Assembly (NCBI RefSeq): GCF_000016745.1
Contig: NC_009483.1
Coordinates: 3,840,001-3,872,000, forward strand
Direction: 5' to 3'
DNA: 32,000 nt
From: Geotalea uraniireducens Rf4
GTDB taxonomy: Bacteria; Desulfobacterota; Desulfuromonadia; Geobacterales; Geobacteraceae
A model generated the notes under the pieces. It worked only from the letters and a program-made list of their open reading frames with translations, was not told the origin of the DNA and searched no databases. This document shows positions 7,961-16,341 of the stretch, one piece after another. Positions within the stretch are counted from its first letter, which is position 1, and each line of letters starts with the position of its first letter. The translations under genes were made by a program, and so were the position numbers.

Positions 7961-10027
7961 CTAAAACGCCTTGATCGGTCCGATGGCGCCGATACCGGCG
8001 AGATTGAAGGTCACCATGTATTCCCGGTTGTCCGGGCGGTCACGGTAGGAAAAGGTCACGCTCCAGCACTGGTGTTTATATTCAAGGGCGTAGTAGGACT
8101 CGATAAAGCCCCCCTTATCAAAGGAATACCGGTTAGTGTAATTGAAAACGAACGGTTTGACAAGGGCCACGCCAATCCGCCCCTCCAGGTACTCCACTTC
8201 GCCGCGGGAAAAGCGGTAGCCGAGGCCGGCACGGTTGTCGCTGCCGTCGCTGTAATCGGCGGAAAGGTTTGCGGTGGAAAAGCGCCCCTGATAGGTGTTG
8301 AAGCGGCTGTCCAGATTGAGGGATATCTCAGGAGTCGGCGTAAAGCGCGATTCCAGACGGAGGTCCGTCAAGGTGCGCCCCTCGTCCACCAGGGTGAGAA
8401 GGTCGCGCCGTGAACCGCTTGCCTGGTATCCCTGGCTGATCCGCAGATAGAGAAGGTCACGGTAAACCGGGGAACCATCGGCCTGAATGACCTTGCCGGT
8501 CAGGTAATTCGTCAGGGAAAGGGTAAGGAGGTTCTGGCCCACAACCCGGTCGTCAAAGTCGAAGAATGGGAGCTGATCCTGGCTTCTCTCCTGGACAAAG
8601 GAATAACTCACTTCCGGCACCAGCAGATGTCGCACTTTGCGCACCGCCCCCCACGCAGTATCATAAACCCGGGCAAACCTGGTCGATGCCGAAACACCGG
8701 CGTCCGCAAGACCCTCTCCGTGGGAACCCCGGCCCGGATCGGCGCCGTAGGCGTTGTAAAGGCGCTGGCCGTAACCGGCAAAAGCGGAAACATCCAGGGC
8801 TGAAACCGGCTGGAAATACGTGGTGACGGTCGGGTGCAGGGTGAAACGCTGCCCGTTCACCCCCTCTTCGCGATAAAAGTTGACGAGGCTTGAGTCAAGG
8901 GAGAAAAAAAGCGGCGTCGCGCCGATTTTGCGCCGGATGCCGGTGAGCGACACCGCCGGGAGCTTCTGCAAGGTTGCGCTGTTGTTCGGAGCGTAGAGAT
9001 CCTCCACGTACCTTAGTTCCGCGGTCAGCGCATAATCCTGCCACTTTTTGGTCAGCGATACCGTGGATTCGAGGTCCTGCCGGTTATATTCACCGGCAAC
9101 CTCGGCAAAGTCGGTGTAAAAATCCCGGTCAGTGGCCATGTTGATATCGGATCTGATGTTCAGGCTGTCGGAAACCGCTTCCAGGTGCTTCTCAACAACC
9201 GCACCCCGGAACCGTGATTGGGACGTGTCGAATATGCCGTAGCCGCGAAATATCCCTTCGCTGCCGCGTTGTCGCATGTAGCGATAATCAAGGCCGGTGC
9301 CGACCCCTCTTTTGCTCTGGATATCCAGATCAAAGGTGGCATCCTGGCTGGGACTTATGGCCCAGTAAAAGGGAAGGTCGAAGTTGAACCCTTTTTTGGA
9401 AGAATTGCGTATCAGGGGAATGAGAAATCCGGACTGCCGCTCCCGCTTGACGGGAAAGATGATGTAGGGGGTGTAGAGGAGCGGAAGATCTTTCACGTAG
9501 AACACGACATCTTTACCGGTGGCGTACTCTTCCAGGGTCACATCCAGGTCGCGGGCGGTGAAACGCCAACTGGGAGAGTCGCCGTCGCATGTGGTGAAGG
9601 AACCGCGTTCCATGCGGTAATCCTCCGTCCCCACCTTGGTCATCTTGCTGCTGCGGATATGAAAATTCGGTTTCTTGATGAACAGGTCGCCATTGGAGAC
9701 CTCTCCCAGTTCCGTCGTCGTGTTCAGGGTGAGGCTGTCACCATGCAGCACGTCACCATCCCTCTCCATGACTACGCCGCCGCTGGCAAATGCCTCACTC
9801 TGCTCCTCCCTGAAGATTACGCTGTCTGCCAGGAGAGTGACGCCGTCGTAGCGCATGCGCACATTCCCCTTGGCCTGGTAGGTTGCACTCCTGCTTTCGT
9901 AGGAAAGGGTATCGGCCGTGATCTTAACGCCACCGGCAGGGGAGTTTTCTTCGGCGAAAGCGACCTGGAAAAGAAGGAACAGCACGAAGATATTTGAGAA
10001 AAGCGCTAACACAATCGGATGTTTCAT
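7961..10027 (-). CDS. lptD: LPS-assembly outer-membrane protein LptD (OstA family)
   Basis: The track ORF is 7961..10168. I prefer ATG 10027 (residue M48 of the track ORF), which gives the signal peptide MKHPIVLALFSNIFVLFLLFQVAFA. It has an OstA N-domain (ITADTLSYE...YQAKGNVRM) and a large barrel, and it ends in ...GAIGPIKAF (aromatic terminus). Confidence 0.88.
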   Translation of the reverse strand: MKHPIVLALFSNIFVLFLLFQVAFAEENSPAGGVKITADTLSYESRSATYQAKGNVRMRYDGVTLLADSVIFREEQSEAFASGGVVMERDGDVLHGDSLTLNTTTELGEVSNGDLFIKKPNFHIRSSKMTKVGTEDYRMERGSFTTCDGDSPSWRFTARDLDVTLEEYATGKDVVFYVKDLPLLYTPYIIFPVKRERQSGFLIPLIRNSSKKGFNFDLPFYWAISPSQDATFDLDIQSKRGVGTGLDYRYMRQRGSEGIFRGYGIFDTSQSRFRGAVVEKHLEAVSDSLNIRSDINMATDRDFYTDFAEVAGEYNRQDLESTVSLTKKWQDYALTAELRYVEDLYAPNNSATLQKLPAVSLTGIRRKIGATPLFFSLDSSLVNFYREEGVNGQRFTLHPTVTTYFQPVSALDVSAFAGYGQRLYNAYGADPGRGSHGEGLADAGVSASTRFARVYDTAWGAVRKVRHLLVPEVSYSFVQERSQDQLPFFDFDDRVVGQNLLTLSLTNYLTGKVIQADGSPVYRDLLYLRISQGYQASGSRRDLLTLVDEGRTLTDLRLESRFTPTPEISLNLDSRFNTYQGRFSTANLSADYSDGSDNRAGLGYRFSRGEVEYLEGRIGVALVKPFVFNYTNRYSFDKGGFIESYYALEYKHQCWSVTFSYRDRPDNREYMVTFNLAGIGAIGPIKAF

Positions 10028-10092
10028 TATTCTCTCGTGATAATCGGCAAGAAAAGGGGGTAGCGTACCATACAGATGAAACGGAAGTCGCA

Positions 10093-11367
10093 TCAGCCGC
10101 GAAAAGGTTCGAAATTCTTTGAAAGGAGAACTGCCCGTGCCTCGCCAACCGTGAAGAGGGAGCCGCAAACCAGTATCAGGTCGTCCGGTCCGGCAATATC
10201 CCGGGCAGACGAAAGTCCTGCGGCAACAGTACCCGCATCATGGGCCGTTACCCCTCTGGAACGGCAGAATTCGGCAAGCTTCTCCGACGGCAGAGCACGC
10301 GCAAGGGATGGTGCGACGGCCAACATTTCGTCAGCAAGGGGCAGGAGCGGCCCAAGGATACCGTCGACATCCTTGTCACCCATCATGCCGGCAACAATCA
10401 GGAGGCGATCGCGCGGAATGTCTTCAAGCGCCTCAGCCAGGGCCTTACTGCCGGCAGGATTGTGCGCGCCGTCCAGCAGTATCCGGGGGGATGTACCGAG
10501 TATCTCCATCCTCCCTGGCCAGTGCGCTTTTTCGATCCCACTGCGCAAGGTACCCGCATCCAGGGGAAATCCCATGCCGTCAAGAAGCTCTGCCGCCGCT
10601 AAAGCAGAGGCCGCATTCGCCTGTTGATAGCGCCCGGCAAGTCCGGGGCGCAAACCGTCCATTTCCAGGCCGATCCCCCGGTATGACAGCCCGGTATCCG
10701 ACCAGAAAGCGGTAAATGCCTCACCATAGCCATAGAAGGGGCTTTTCATCTCCAGACAGCGATTCCTGATAACCGACAGTGCATCCTGTTCCTGGGGGGA
10801 AACCACGACGGACCGCCCCACCTTTATGACCCCTGCTTTTTCCCCGGCAATCGCGGCCAGGGAAGCGCCCAGATAATCGCAATGGTCGTAGGCGACGGGA
10901 GTGATGAGCGAAAGGATGCCGGAAAGGGCGTTGGTGGCGTCGAGCCGCCCTCCCATCCCCACTTCCATGATCGCCAGCTGGACCTTTTGTTCTGCAAAGT
11001 AAAGGGTGGCCATGGCAGTAACCAGCTCGAAAAATGTGGTTTCAGGTGGAGCTGCGGCGATGACCTGCTCAGCCAGGTGAACCACTTCCTCTTCGGCTAT
11101 CTCACGGCCGTTGATGCGAATGCGTTCGGTGAAATTTATCAGGTGCGGAGAAGTAAAGAGCCCGACCCGGTGCCCCCCTTCGGCAAGCATGGAAGCGAGG
11201 AAGCTGGAGGTGGAACCCTTGCCGTTGGTGCCGGCAACGTGGACGGTCTTGAAGGCATCCTGCGGGTTATGGAGCGCCTGCAGAGTAGCGGTGATCCTCT
11301 CCAGCCCCGGTTTCATACCGAAACGGCCAAGGCCGTAGATATATGAGAGGGTCTCCTGATAGGTCAT
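10093..11367 (-). CDS. folC: Bifunctional folylpolyglutamate synthase / dihydrofolate synthase
   Basis: The ORF is 424 aa: MTYQETLSYIYGLGRFGMKPGLERITATLQAL...VHVAGTNGKGSTSSFLASML. It has the Mur-ligase P-loop and a FolC-type N-terminus. Confidence 0.93.
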   Translation of the reverse strand: MTYQETLSYIYGLGRFGMKPGLERITATLQALHNPQDAFKTVHVAGTNGKGSTSSFLASMLAEGGHRVGLFTSPHLINFTERIRINGREIAEEEVVHLAEQVIAAAPPETTFFELVTAMATLYFAEQKVQLAIMEVGMGGRLDATNALSGILSLITPVAYDHCDYLGASLAAIAGEKAGVIKVGRSVVVSPQEQDALSVIRNRCLEMKSPFYGYGEAFTAFWSDTGLSYRGIGLEMDGLRPGLAGRYQQANAASALAAAELLDGMGFPLDAGTLRSGIEKAHWPGRMEILGTSPRILLDGAHNPAGSKALAEALEDIPRDRLLIVAGMMGDKDVDGILGPLLPLADEMLAVAPSLARALPSEKLAEFCRSRGVTAHDAGTVAAGLSSARDIAGPDDLILVCGSLFTVGEARAVLLSKNFEPFRG

Positions 11368-11378
11368 GACAGGCGGGA

Positions 11379-11407
11379 ATTATAGGGAAAGAGGCAGGGA
11401 AAGTCCA
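11379..11407 (-). promoter_or_regulatory. Candidate sigma70-type promoter TGGACT-17-TATAAT ending 11 nt upstream of the folC ATG
   Basis: The minus strand reads TGGACTttccctgcctctttcccTATAATtcccgcctgtcATG. The -10 box is perfect, the -35 box is 4/6, and there is no SD before the ATG. Confidence 0.3.
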
Positions 11408-11434
11408 TACTTTTAGCGGGGAGGGCTGCTGCCG

Positions 11435-11659
11435 TCACAGCAGCATGATCTTCTCGATGAACTGCCGGCAGGGCTTAACGGGGTGGTTCAGGAATGAGTT
11501 GTACTCGGACAGGAACTCCATGACCCGGTCGCAGTCCACTTTGCCGTCCACAATGAACGGGTCGCGGCTGGCGGCGCGAAGCAGTTCGGAATCCGCACGC
11601 ATCGACTGGGATGCGGCGAGGCTGCGCAGTTCTGCTTTTTCCTCGTCAGTCAACATCAT
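11435..11659 (-). CDS. Small acidic hypothetical protein (74 aa)
   Basis: The ORF MMLTDEEKAELRSLAASQSMRADSELLRAAS... has an ATG preceded by AAAGGGGAA. It lies between the accD terminator and folC on the same strand. I did not recognise a family. Confidence 0.5.
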   Translation of the reverse strand: MMLTDEEKAELRSLAASQSMRADSELLRAASRDPFIVDGKVDCDRVMEFLSEYNSFLNHPVKPCRQFIEKIMLL

Positions 11660-11736
11660 GGAATTTCCCCTTTAAGCGTGCGAATAGGTCCTGCTGATCA
11701 AAAACATCGAAATACTCCTCTGCGTGCGTTAATAGT

Positions 11737-11774
11737 AAAAAAGCCGCCCCGTCTGCGGTGACGATGGCGGCTTT
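11737..11774 (-). terminator. Rho-independent terminator downstream of accD
   Basis: The minus strand reads AAAGCCGCC-17 nt-GGCGGCTTT followed by TTTAC. This is a perfect 9-bp stem running into a 6-U tract, 56 nt after the accD stop. Confidence 0.65.
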
Positions 11775-11829
11775 AACAATCGTGGACATATCGAACTGCG
11801 AGGAAACCCGCCGCGGCAAGAACCAGCGC

Positions 11830-12678
11830 CTACTGCCGGTACAACATCTTCAGTATCTGCGACAACCGTTGCCGCATATCCTTCCGCTCGACGATGATAT
11901 CGACCATGCCGTGATCGAGAAGGTATTCGGCACGCTGGAAGCCGACGGGCAGCTTCTGGCGGATGGTCTGCTCGATGACCCGTGGGCCGGCAAAACCTAT
12001 CAGGGCCTTTGGTTCGGACATGTTGATGTCGCCCAGCATGGCAAAACTTGCCGTAACGCCGCCGGTGGTGGGATCTGTAAGTATGGAGATGAACGGCAGT
12101 CCCTGTTCCTTCAGTTTTGCCAGGGCCGCCGAGGTCTTGGCCATTTGCATCAGAGACAGAATGCTTTCCTGCATGCGCGCCCCGCCGGAAGCAGAGATGA
12201 TGATCACCGGCGTACGCTTCTCAATCCCCCGCTCAATGGCCCGCGTGATCTTCTCACCGACCACGCTCCCCATGCTGCCGCCCATGAAGGAAAAGTCAAA
12301 TACCGCCATCTGCACCGGGGTCCCTTCTATCTGCCCTTCGCCACAGATAATGGCGTCTTTTGAGCCCCCTTTGGCTACGGCAGCATTAATCCGCTCCTGG
12401 TAACTCTTGGAATCCTTGAAATTAAGAAAATCAACCGACACCATATTCGCATCAAACTCGACGAAGCTTCCCTGGTCGAGAAGGATTTCCAGTCTTTTGC
12501 GGGCAGTAATGCGGAAATGAAAATTGCATTTTGGGCAAACATTGAGGTTATTCACGATCTCTTTGGAGATAATCACCTCACCGCAGTTCTGGCATTTTGT
12601 CCAGAGCCCCTCAGGTACCCGGACCCGTTTCTTTTCAACCTGCTCCGGCGCAACATTGCTTTTTTTGAATAAGCCCAT
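11830..12678 (-). CDS. accD: Acetyl-CoA carboxylase carboxyltransferase beta subunit
   Basis: The sequence MGLFKKS...[38 protein letters not shown] has the AccD Zn ribbon, followed by the carboxyltransferase domain. The track ORF starts at 12711. I prefer ATG 12678 (M12), which is preceded by AAGAGG. Confidence 0.93.
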   Translation of the reverse strand: MGLFKKSNVAPEQVEKKRVRVPEGLWTKCQNCGEVIISKEIVNNLNVCPKCNFHFRITARKRLEILLDQGSFVEFDANMVSVDFLNFKDSKSYQERINAAVAKGGSKDAIICGEGQIEGTPVQMAVFDFSFMGGSMGSVVGEKITRAIERGIEKRTPVIIISASGGARMQESILSLMQMAKTSAALAKLKEQGLPFISILTDPTTGGVTASFAMLGDINMSEPKALIGFAGPRVIEQTIRQKLPVGFQRAEYLLDHGMVDIIVERKDMRQRLSQILKMLYRQ

Positions 12679-12773
12679 ATTCAACCTCTTATGGCAGCAT
12701 TTGCCAGCCAATTTTTATTTTAAATAAAACCGTCTATTAACAGAAAGGGGGGTGGATGTCAATGTTTAAACGG

Positions 12774-12849
12774 TCGGCGGTCGGCAGTCGGCGGTCGATG
12801 GTTAAATTGGTCAACCACCGACCACCGCCCATCAACCACCGACCGCCTT
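12774..12849. repeat. Inverted pair of tandem heptamer arrays (CCGCCGA family) between trpA and accD, overlapping the trpA stop
   Basis: The left arm is TCGGCGG TCGGCAG TCGGCGG TCGATGG (12774..12801). The spacer is ttaaattggtcaa. The right arm is CCACCGA CCACCGC CCATCAA CCACCGA CCGCCTT (12815..12849). The arms are imperfectly complementary (for example GGTCGATGGTT with AACCACCGACC), so they could form a long hairpin. The trpA stop TGA (12832..12834) and its last 5 codons lie inside the right arm. Confidence 0.8.
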
Positions 12850-13635
12850 CACCCCTGCCTTCAATGCTGCGACAAATCCGCCTAGCCGCTCTCGGAGTTC
12901 ATCCCCCCGGAATTCTTCGAAAAGCTTTACCAGCGCACTTCCTACAACCACGCCATCGGCAACGGCTGCCACCCGGCCGGCCTGCACCGGGTCGGAAATG
13001 CCGAAACCGACCACAAGCGGCAAGGTTACATGCTCCCGGATCTTTTTCACATCGGGAAAAACCGTATCCGCAACACTCGTCCGCGCACCGGTAACGCCGG
13101 TAACCGAAACATAGTAGATAAAACCACTGCCAAGATTTGCCACTTTCCTGATCCTGGCTTCATCGGATGTGGGGGTCAGCAGGAATATCACGTCTAACCC
13201 TTCCCGATCCGCTGCCGCCTTGAATTCTTCGGCTTCTTCAGGAGGCAGGTCGACCAGCAGCACGCCATCAACCCCCGCCGACACGGCATCGGCTACAAAC
13301 CGCTCTATGCCATAAAGAAAGACCGGGTTGTAATACCCCATCAGAATAAGGGGAATCTCCGTCTGTTGCCGAACAGATTTTACCAAGGTTAAAATTTTAG
13401 GCAGTGTCGTACCGGCGCAGAGGGCGCGCTCCGAAGAAAGCTGGATAGTCGGTCCGTCAGCCATCGGATCGGAAAAAGGTACACCCAGTTCGATCAGATC
13501 GGCGCCGGACTTTTCCAGTTCCAGGATCAGTTTCTCCGTTGTTTCCAGATCAGGATCGCCAGCGGTAATAAACGTGACAAGCGCCTTCTCATTCTGCTTC
13601 GCCAGGTTGGCAAATGTTGTTGCAATTCTGCTCAT
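12832..13635 (-). CDS. trpA: Tryptophan synthase alpha chain
   Basis: The sequence is [65 protein letters not shown]. The track ORF starts at 13671. I prefer ATG 13635 (M13), which is preceded by GGGGAG, 25 nt after the MCP stop. Confidence 0.93.
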   Translation of the reverse strand: MSRIATTFANLAKQNEKALVTFITAGDPDLETTEKLILELEKSGADLIELGVPFSDPMADGPTIQLSSERALCAGTTLPKILTLVKSVRQQTEIPLILMGYYNPVFLYGIERFVADAVSAGVDGVLLVDLPPEEAEEFKAAADREGLDVIFLLTPTSDEARIRKVANLGSGFIYYVSVTGVTGARTSVADTVFPDVKKIREHVTLPLVVGFGISDPVQAGRVAAVADGVVVGSALVKLFEEFRGDELRERLGGFVAALKAGVKAVGG

Positions 13636-13660
13636 CAATATAACTCCCCGATCATCCGAC

Positions 13661-15871
13661 TCACCCTTCAATCTTGAACATGCCCATCTCGTTGCGAAGA
13701 ATCTCTATCTGACGGAACAAGCCGGAAACAGCTTCATCCATCGCCCCTGTCGCTTCAAGGTTGATATGGGTTGATTGCTGAATATCCTCAACAGCGACCA
13801 CAATCTGCTCGCTTCCGCGATTTTGCTCGTCACAGGCTCGCTTGATCTGTTGGATCATATCTGTAATATTTTCTGTGGACTGGGCGATAAAATTACCGAC
13901 ATTGCTCTGTTCACGGGTCGAAGACCTCACCTGGGTCGTGAGGGTCTTCATTTTCTCCACCGCGGTCATAATGAGCTCGCTCCCCTGTCCCTGCTCACGG
14001 GTAGCCTTGGCGATCTGACCGACCATTTCGGAGACCTGCTCCATGGCATCACGGATCATCTGACTTCCCCTCGCCTGCTCGACGGTAGCGCGGGCTATTT
14101 CTTCCACCTGCTCCGTTGCCTTCTTCACACCCGATACGATCTTGTTCAACGCCTCGCCCGATTTCTGCGACAACAGTTCACCGTCTGCAATGCTTTTTTC
14201 CGCCTGGTCAATGGCATTAACCGCCCGGTGAGTTTCGTCCTGTACCGCCTTTATAACCATCGCAATCTCGCGGGTGGAGCTGCTGGTGCGCTCGGCAAGC
14301 TCCTTTATCTCATCTGCGACAACGGCAAAACCCTTGCCGTGCTCACCGGCCTGGGCAGCAATAATAGCCGCATTCAGCGCCAGGAGGTTGGTCTGCTCGG
14401 CAACCTCGTCGATTACCGAAAGGATTGTCCCGATATCATTGGCCCTGCCGGAGAGGGTGTCAATAACTTCATAGGTGATGCGCGACGAACGTTTAATTTC
14501 ATTGATGCCGGCGATGGTAGCCTCCACCGCTTCTTTGCCGGTCTCGGCATCCTTGCGGACCGCATCGGATATGGCGGCGGTCTCCATGGCATTTTTCTCC
14601 ACCTGCTTGATGCTGCTGTCCATCTCCATGACCGATGATGCGGTGGTGGTCGAAGCATCCAGGAGGCTGACGACGCCGTTACCCACCTGCTTGATGGAAG
14701 CAGCCATCTGGAGGATGGATGAGCTCACCTCATCGACAGAGTGCGACAGGGTTTCAACATTCTGGGCCACCTCTTCAACGCTGGCTGCCATCTCCAGAAT
14801 CGATGAGGAACTTTCCGAAGCGGATAGGGAAAGACTGTCAACACCCTGGGAAACCCCTTTGACTGATGCGTTGATCTGGCTCACCGCCGCCGAGGTATTG
14901 TTGACGCTCTCTGCCTGCAATTTGGCCGTATTCACGACTTTTTGCGAAGATTCGGTAATAGTGCCGGATAAATGGGTCAATTCAGCCGCGGACTTGTTGA
15001 CATTGCCGACCATTCCGGACAATTTCTCCACCATTACATTGAAATCGCTCCCCAACTTGCCAAGCTCGTCCCCTGAGTCGATTTCAAGCTTGGCGGTAAG
15101 GTCCCCCTCCGCGCCGTTATCCAGGGCTCTGGCCATTCTATTGATGCGGTTGACGATGTTCTTCGTGGTCTTGAGCCCCAATAAAAGCCCAAGCAGGACG
15201 GCGGCGATGATTACCACAACAAAGGCAATTCCCGCAGAACTCTGAATTTCGCGGACCTGCTTGTCCGCCTTGGTCATCTGGATACCCACCTCAACAAGCA
15301 GGTCGTCGGCATCGGCTTTGGCTTTTTCTATGGCAGGATTTATGTCGTCTTCCGTGAGACGATGCAATTTTTCATCGGCAAGGGCAGCCATGGCCGCCTG
15401 ATCGACGACGCCGGCTTTGAGCCCTTTCAGCAACGCTTCCTTGCGGGCGAGAAGCTCGTCGGCAATCTTCTCGACCTCTTCCCAACTGGCAAGGGCCGCC
15501 TGGGTCCGTTTTTCGATAACGCTCCCATGCTGCGCAGGCTTGATCCCCAGCTTCGCATTGCCTTTCAACATGATGTTGCACTGGCTTCTGAAGAGATCCC
15601 GCTTCATCCGGTAATCTTCGGCATACTCTTCAAATTTTTCCATTTCGGCACGCACCAGCGCCGCCTGCATGAGACTGACATGACAATATTTCTGCGTTAC
15701 CCCCATGAGCAGAACCAGTTTCTGCTGGCTGGCCAGATTCTGCATGATGTTCTGAATCTGGTCGCCGACCCGCCTCATGCTCCAGGAGCCGAAAGCGCCG
15801 GTTATGGCGACAATCAGGGCCATTATCATAAAAGAACCGACAAGACGATGACTAAGTTTCAAGTTTTTCAC
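13661..15871 (-). CDS. Methyl-accepting chemotaxis protein with an expanded cytoplasmic signalling domain
   Basis: The ORF is 736 aa with a GTG start after AGAGGA. It has two TM segments flanking a ~190-aa periplasmic helical sensor, then HAMP, then a ~445-aa signalling domain with the conserved hairpin tip [41 protein letters not shown]. An internal triplicated segment ([14 protein letters not shown] / [14 protein letters not shown] / [13 protein letters not shown]) is consistent with the 40+24H class described for Geobacter MCPs (from memory). Confidence 0.92.
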   Translation of the reverse strand: MKNLKLSHRLVGSFMIMALIVAITGAFGSWSMRRVGDQIQNIMQNLASQQKLVLLMGVTQKYCHVSLMQAALVRAEMEKFEEYAEDYRMKRDLFRSQCNIMLKGNAKLGIKPAQHGSVIEKRTQAALASWEEVEKIADELLARKEALLKGLKAGVVDQAAMAALADEKLHRLTEDDINPAIEKAKADADDLLVEVGIQMTKADKQVREIQSSAGIAFVVVIIAAVLLGLLLGLKTTKNIVNRINRMARALDNGAEGDLTAKLEIDSGDELGKLGSDFNVMVEKLSGMVGNVNKSAAELTHLSGTITESSQKVVNTAKLQAESVNNTSAAVSQINASVKGVSQGVDSLSLSASESSSSILEMAASVEEVAQNVETLSHSVDEVSSSILQMAASIKQVGNGVVSLLDASTTTASSVMEMDSSIKQVEKNAMETAAISDAVRKDAETGKEAVEATIAGINEIKRSSRITYEVIDTLSGRANDIGTILSVIDEVAEQTNLLALNAAIIAAQAGEHGKGFAVVADEIKELAERTSSSTREIAMVIKAVQDETHRAVNAIDQAEKSIADGELLSQKSGEALNKIVSGVKKATEQVEEIARATVEQARGSQMIRDAMEQVSEMVGQIAKATREQGQGSELIMTAVEKMKTLTTQVRSSTREQSNVGNFIAQSTENITDMIQQIKRACDEQNRGSEQIVVAVEDIQQSTHINLEATGAMDEAVSGLFRQIEILRNEMGMFKIEG

Positions 15872-15947
15872 AACAAGTCCTCTGTTGGTTTATCGGCAGT
15901 TGTTGCCGCCATCTCTACAGGGTGAATTTCTTAACCCATTGGTCGAA

Positions 15948-16307
15948 TCAATGTTCAGCCTCGTTCAGGAGATAGTTCATAAGATCGACGGTCGCCTTGA
16001 CCTCCGGCTTGCTCATGTTCGAATCCGGTTTACGCAACATCTTGATGCCGTACGCTTTGGTGGCGCTCCGGTCAAAGAGCTGGCCGGAGATGGGCGCAAT
16101 CCCCGTCTGGATTGCTACTATGGTTCTTTCCAGGGTGTGGCATTTGACGCACTTGACCCTCATTATCTCGTAATTGGCTTTCATGGCAGGAGGGAATGCG
16201 GACGGATCCAGGCGCATGTTGTCGCCCTTGCCGATAACCTTGATACCGGCATGGGCAGCAGTACTGAACAAACAGAGCAGAACAAGAAGAATAACGGTTT
16301 TTTCCAT
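15948..16307 (-). CDS. Small secreted monohaem c-type cytochrome (119 aa precursor)
   Basis: It has the signal peptide MEKTVILLVLLCLFSTAAHA and a single CVKCH. The GGAGGA RBS is 8 nt upstream of the ATG. The gene starts 34 nt after the stop of the cytochrome-porin gene. Confidence 0.8.
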   Translation of the reverse strand: MEKTVILLVLLCLFSTAAHAGIKVIGKGDNMRLDPSAFPPAMKANYEIMRVKCVKCHTLERTIVAIQTGIAPISGQLFDRSATKAYGIKMLRKPDSNMSKPEVKATVDLMNYLLNEAEH

Positions 16308-16341
16308 TGCAAAAATCCTCCACTGTGTTGTTTGTTTACGA

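Noticed and set aside
4600-7965. Signs of mobility for the low-GC island: integrase, transposase, tRNA target, or flanking direct or inverted repeats.
   Set aside because: None was found. Only trivial ATATAT similarity exists at the two borders, and it lies inside the coding ends. The island is therefore reported only as compositionally foreign, not as a mobile element.
12735-12762. TTGACA (perfect -35) upstream of accD with TTAATA or TAATAG as the -10 box.
   Set aside because: The -10 box matches only 2-3 of 6 positions at 16-17 nt spacing, which is too weak to list as a feature. accD may instead be read through the heptamer hairpin from trpA.
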